A stretch of DNA of 64,000 bases from Eledone cirrhosa (taxonomy: Eukaryota): positions 213,838,001 to 213,902,000 of the forward strand of contig OZ024743.1 in the NCBI GenBank assembly GCA_964016885.1, written 5' to 3'. Of this stretch, positions 63,989-64,000 are shown piece after piece. The position numbers and the translations under genes are program-made. The notes below the pieces were generated by a model, which saw only the letters and a list, made by a program, of their open reading frames with translations, did not search any database and was not told the DNA's origin. Position 1 is the stretch's first letter; every line of letters starts with the position of its first letter.

Positions 63989-64000
63989 TTCGACATCACG

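Larger units (their letters stand above)
58616..64000 (-). mobile_element. L1/Tx1-type LINE, copy 2 (near intact, 5' end outside the window)
   Basis: ORF1 + ORF2 architecture, with a 3' (ATT)n tail at 58571-58615. Confidence 0.95.

Overview
AT-rich eukaryotic DNA made almost entirely of transposable elements and microsatellites. No host gene could be supported, so it is intergenic or deep intronic. The SINE family and repeat make-up suggest an octopus-like cephalopod (inference). From 1 to ~36 kb, (TA)n tracts are packed with Penelope-like element (PLE) material: a nearly complete Penelope/Poseidon-type element with inverted pseudo-LTRs (27.8-30.7 kb), a Naiad-type element (23.5-27.6 kb), Neptune-type fragments, and a series of short fold-back mini-elements. 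These carry about a dozen type I hammerhead-ribozyme (HHR) motifs, some canonical, some with recurrent variant cores (CCGAAGA, CAGUUGA) and some decayed. Two mariner copies and a pair of inverted ~600-bp non-autonomous elements are also present. From 36.9 to 50.4 kb there is a head-to-tail array of four R4/Dong-type RLE retrotransposons sitting in (TAA)n. From 50.5 to 64 kb there are two tail-to-tail L1/Tx1-type LINEs, whose 3' end resembles the tail of the local tRNA-derived SINE, plus RTE fragments. All calls were made by eye; boundaries are approximate unless a junction sequence is quoted.
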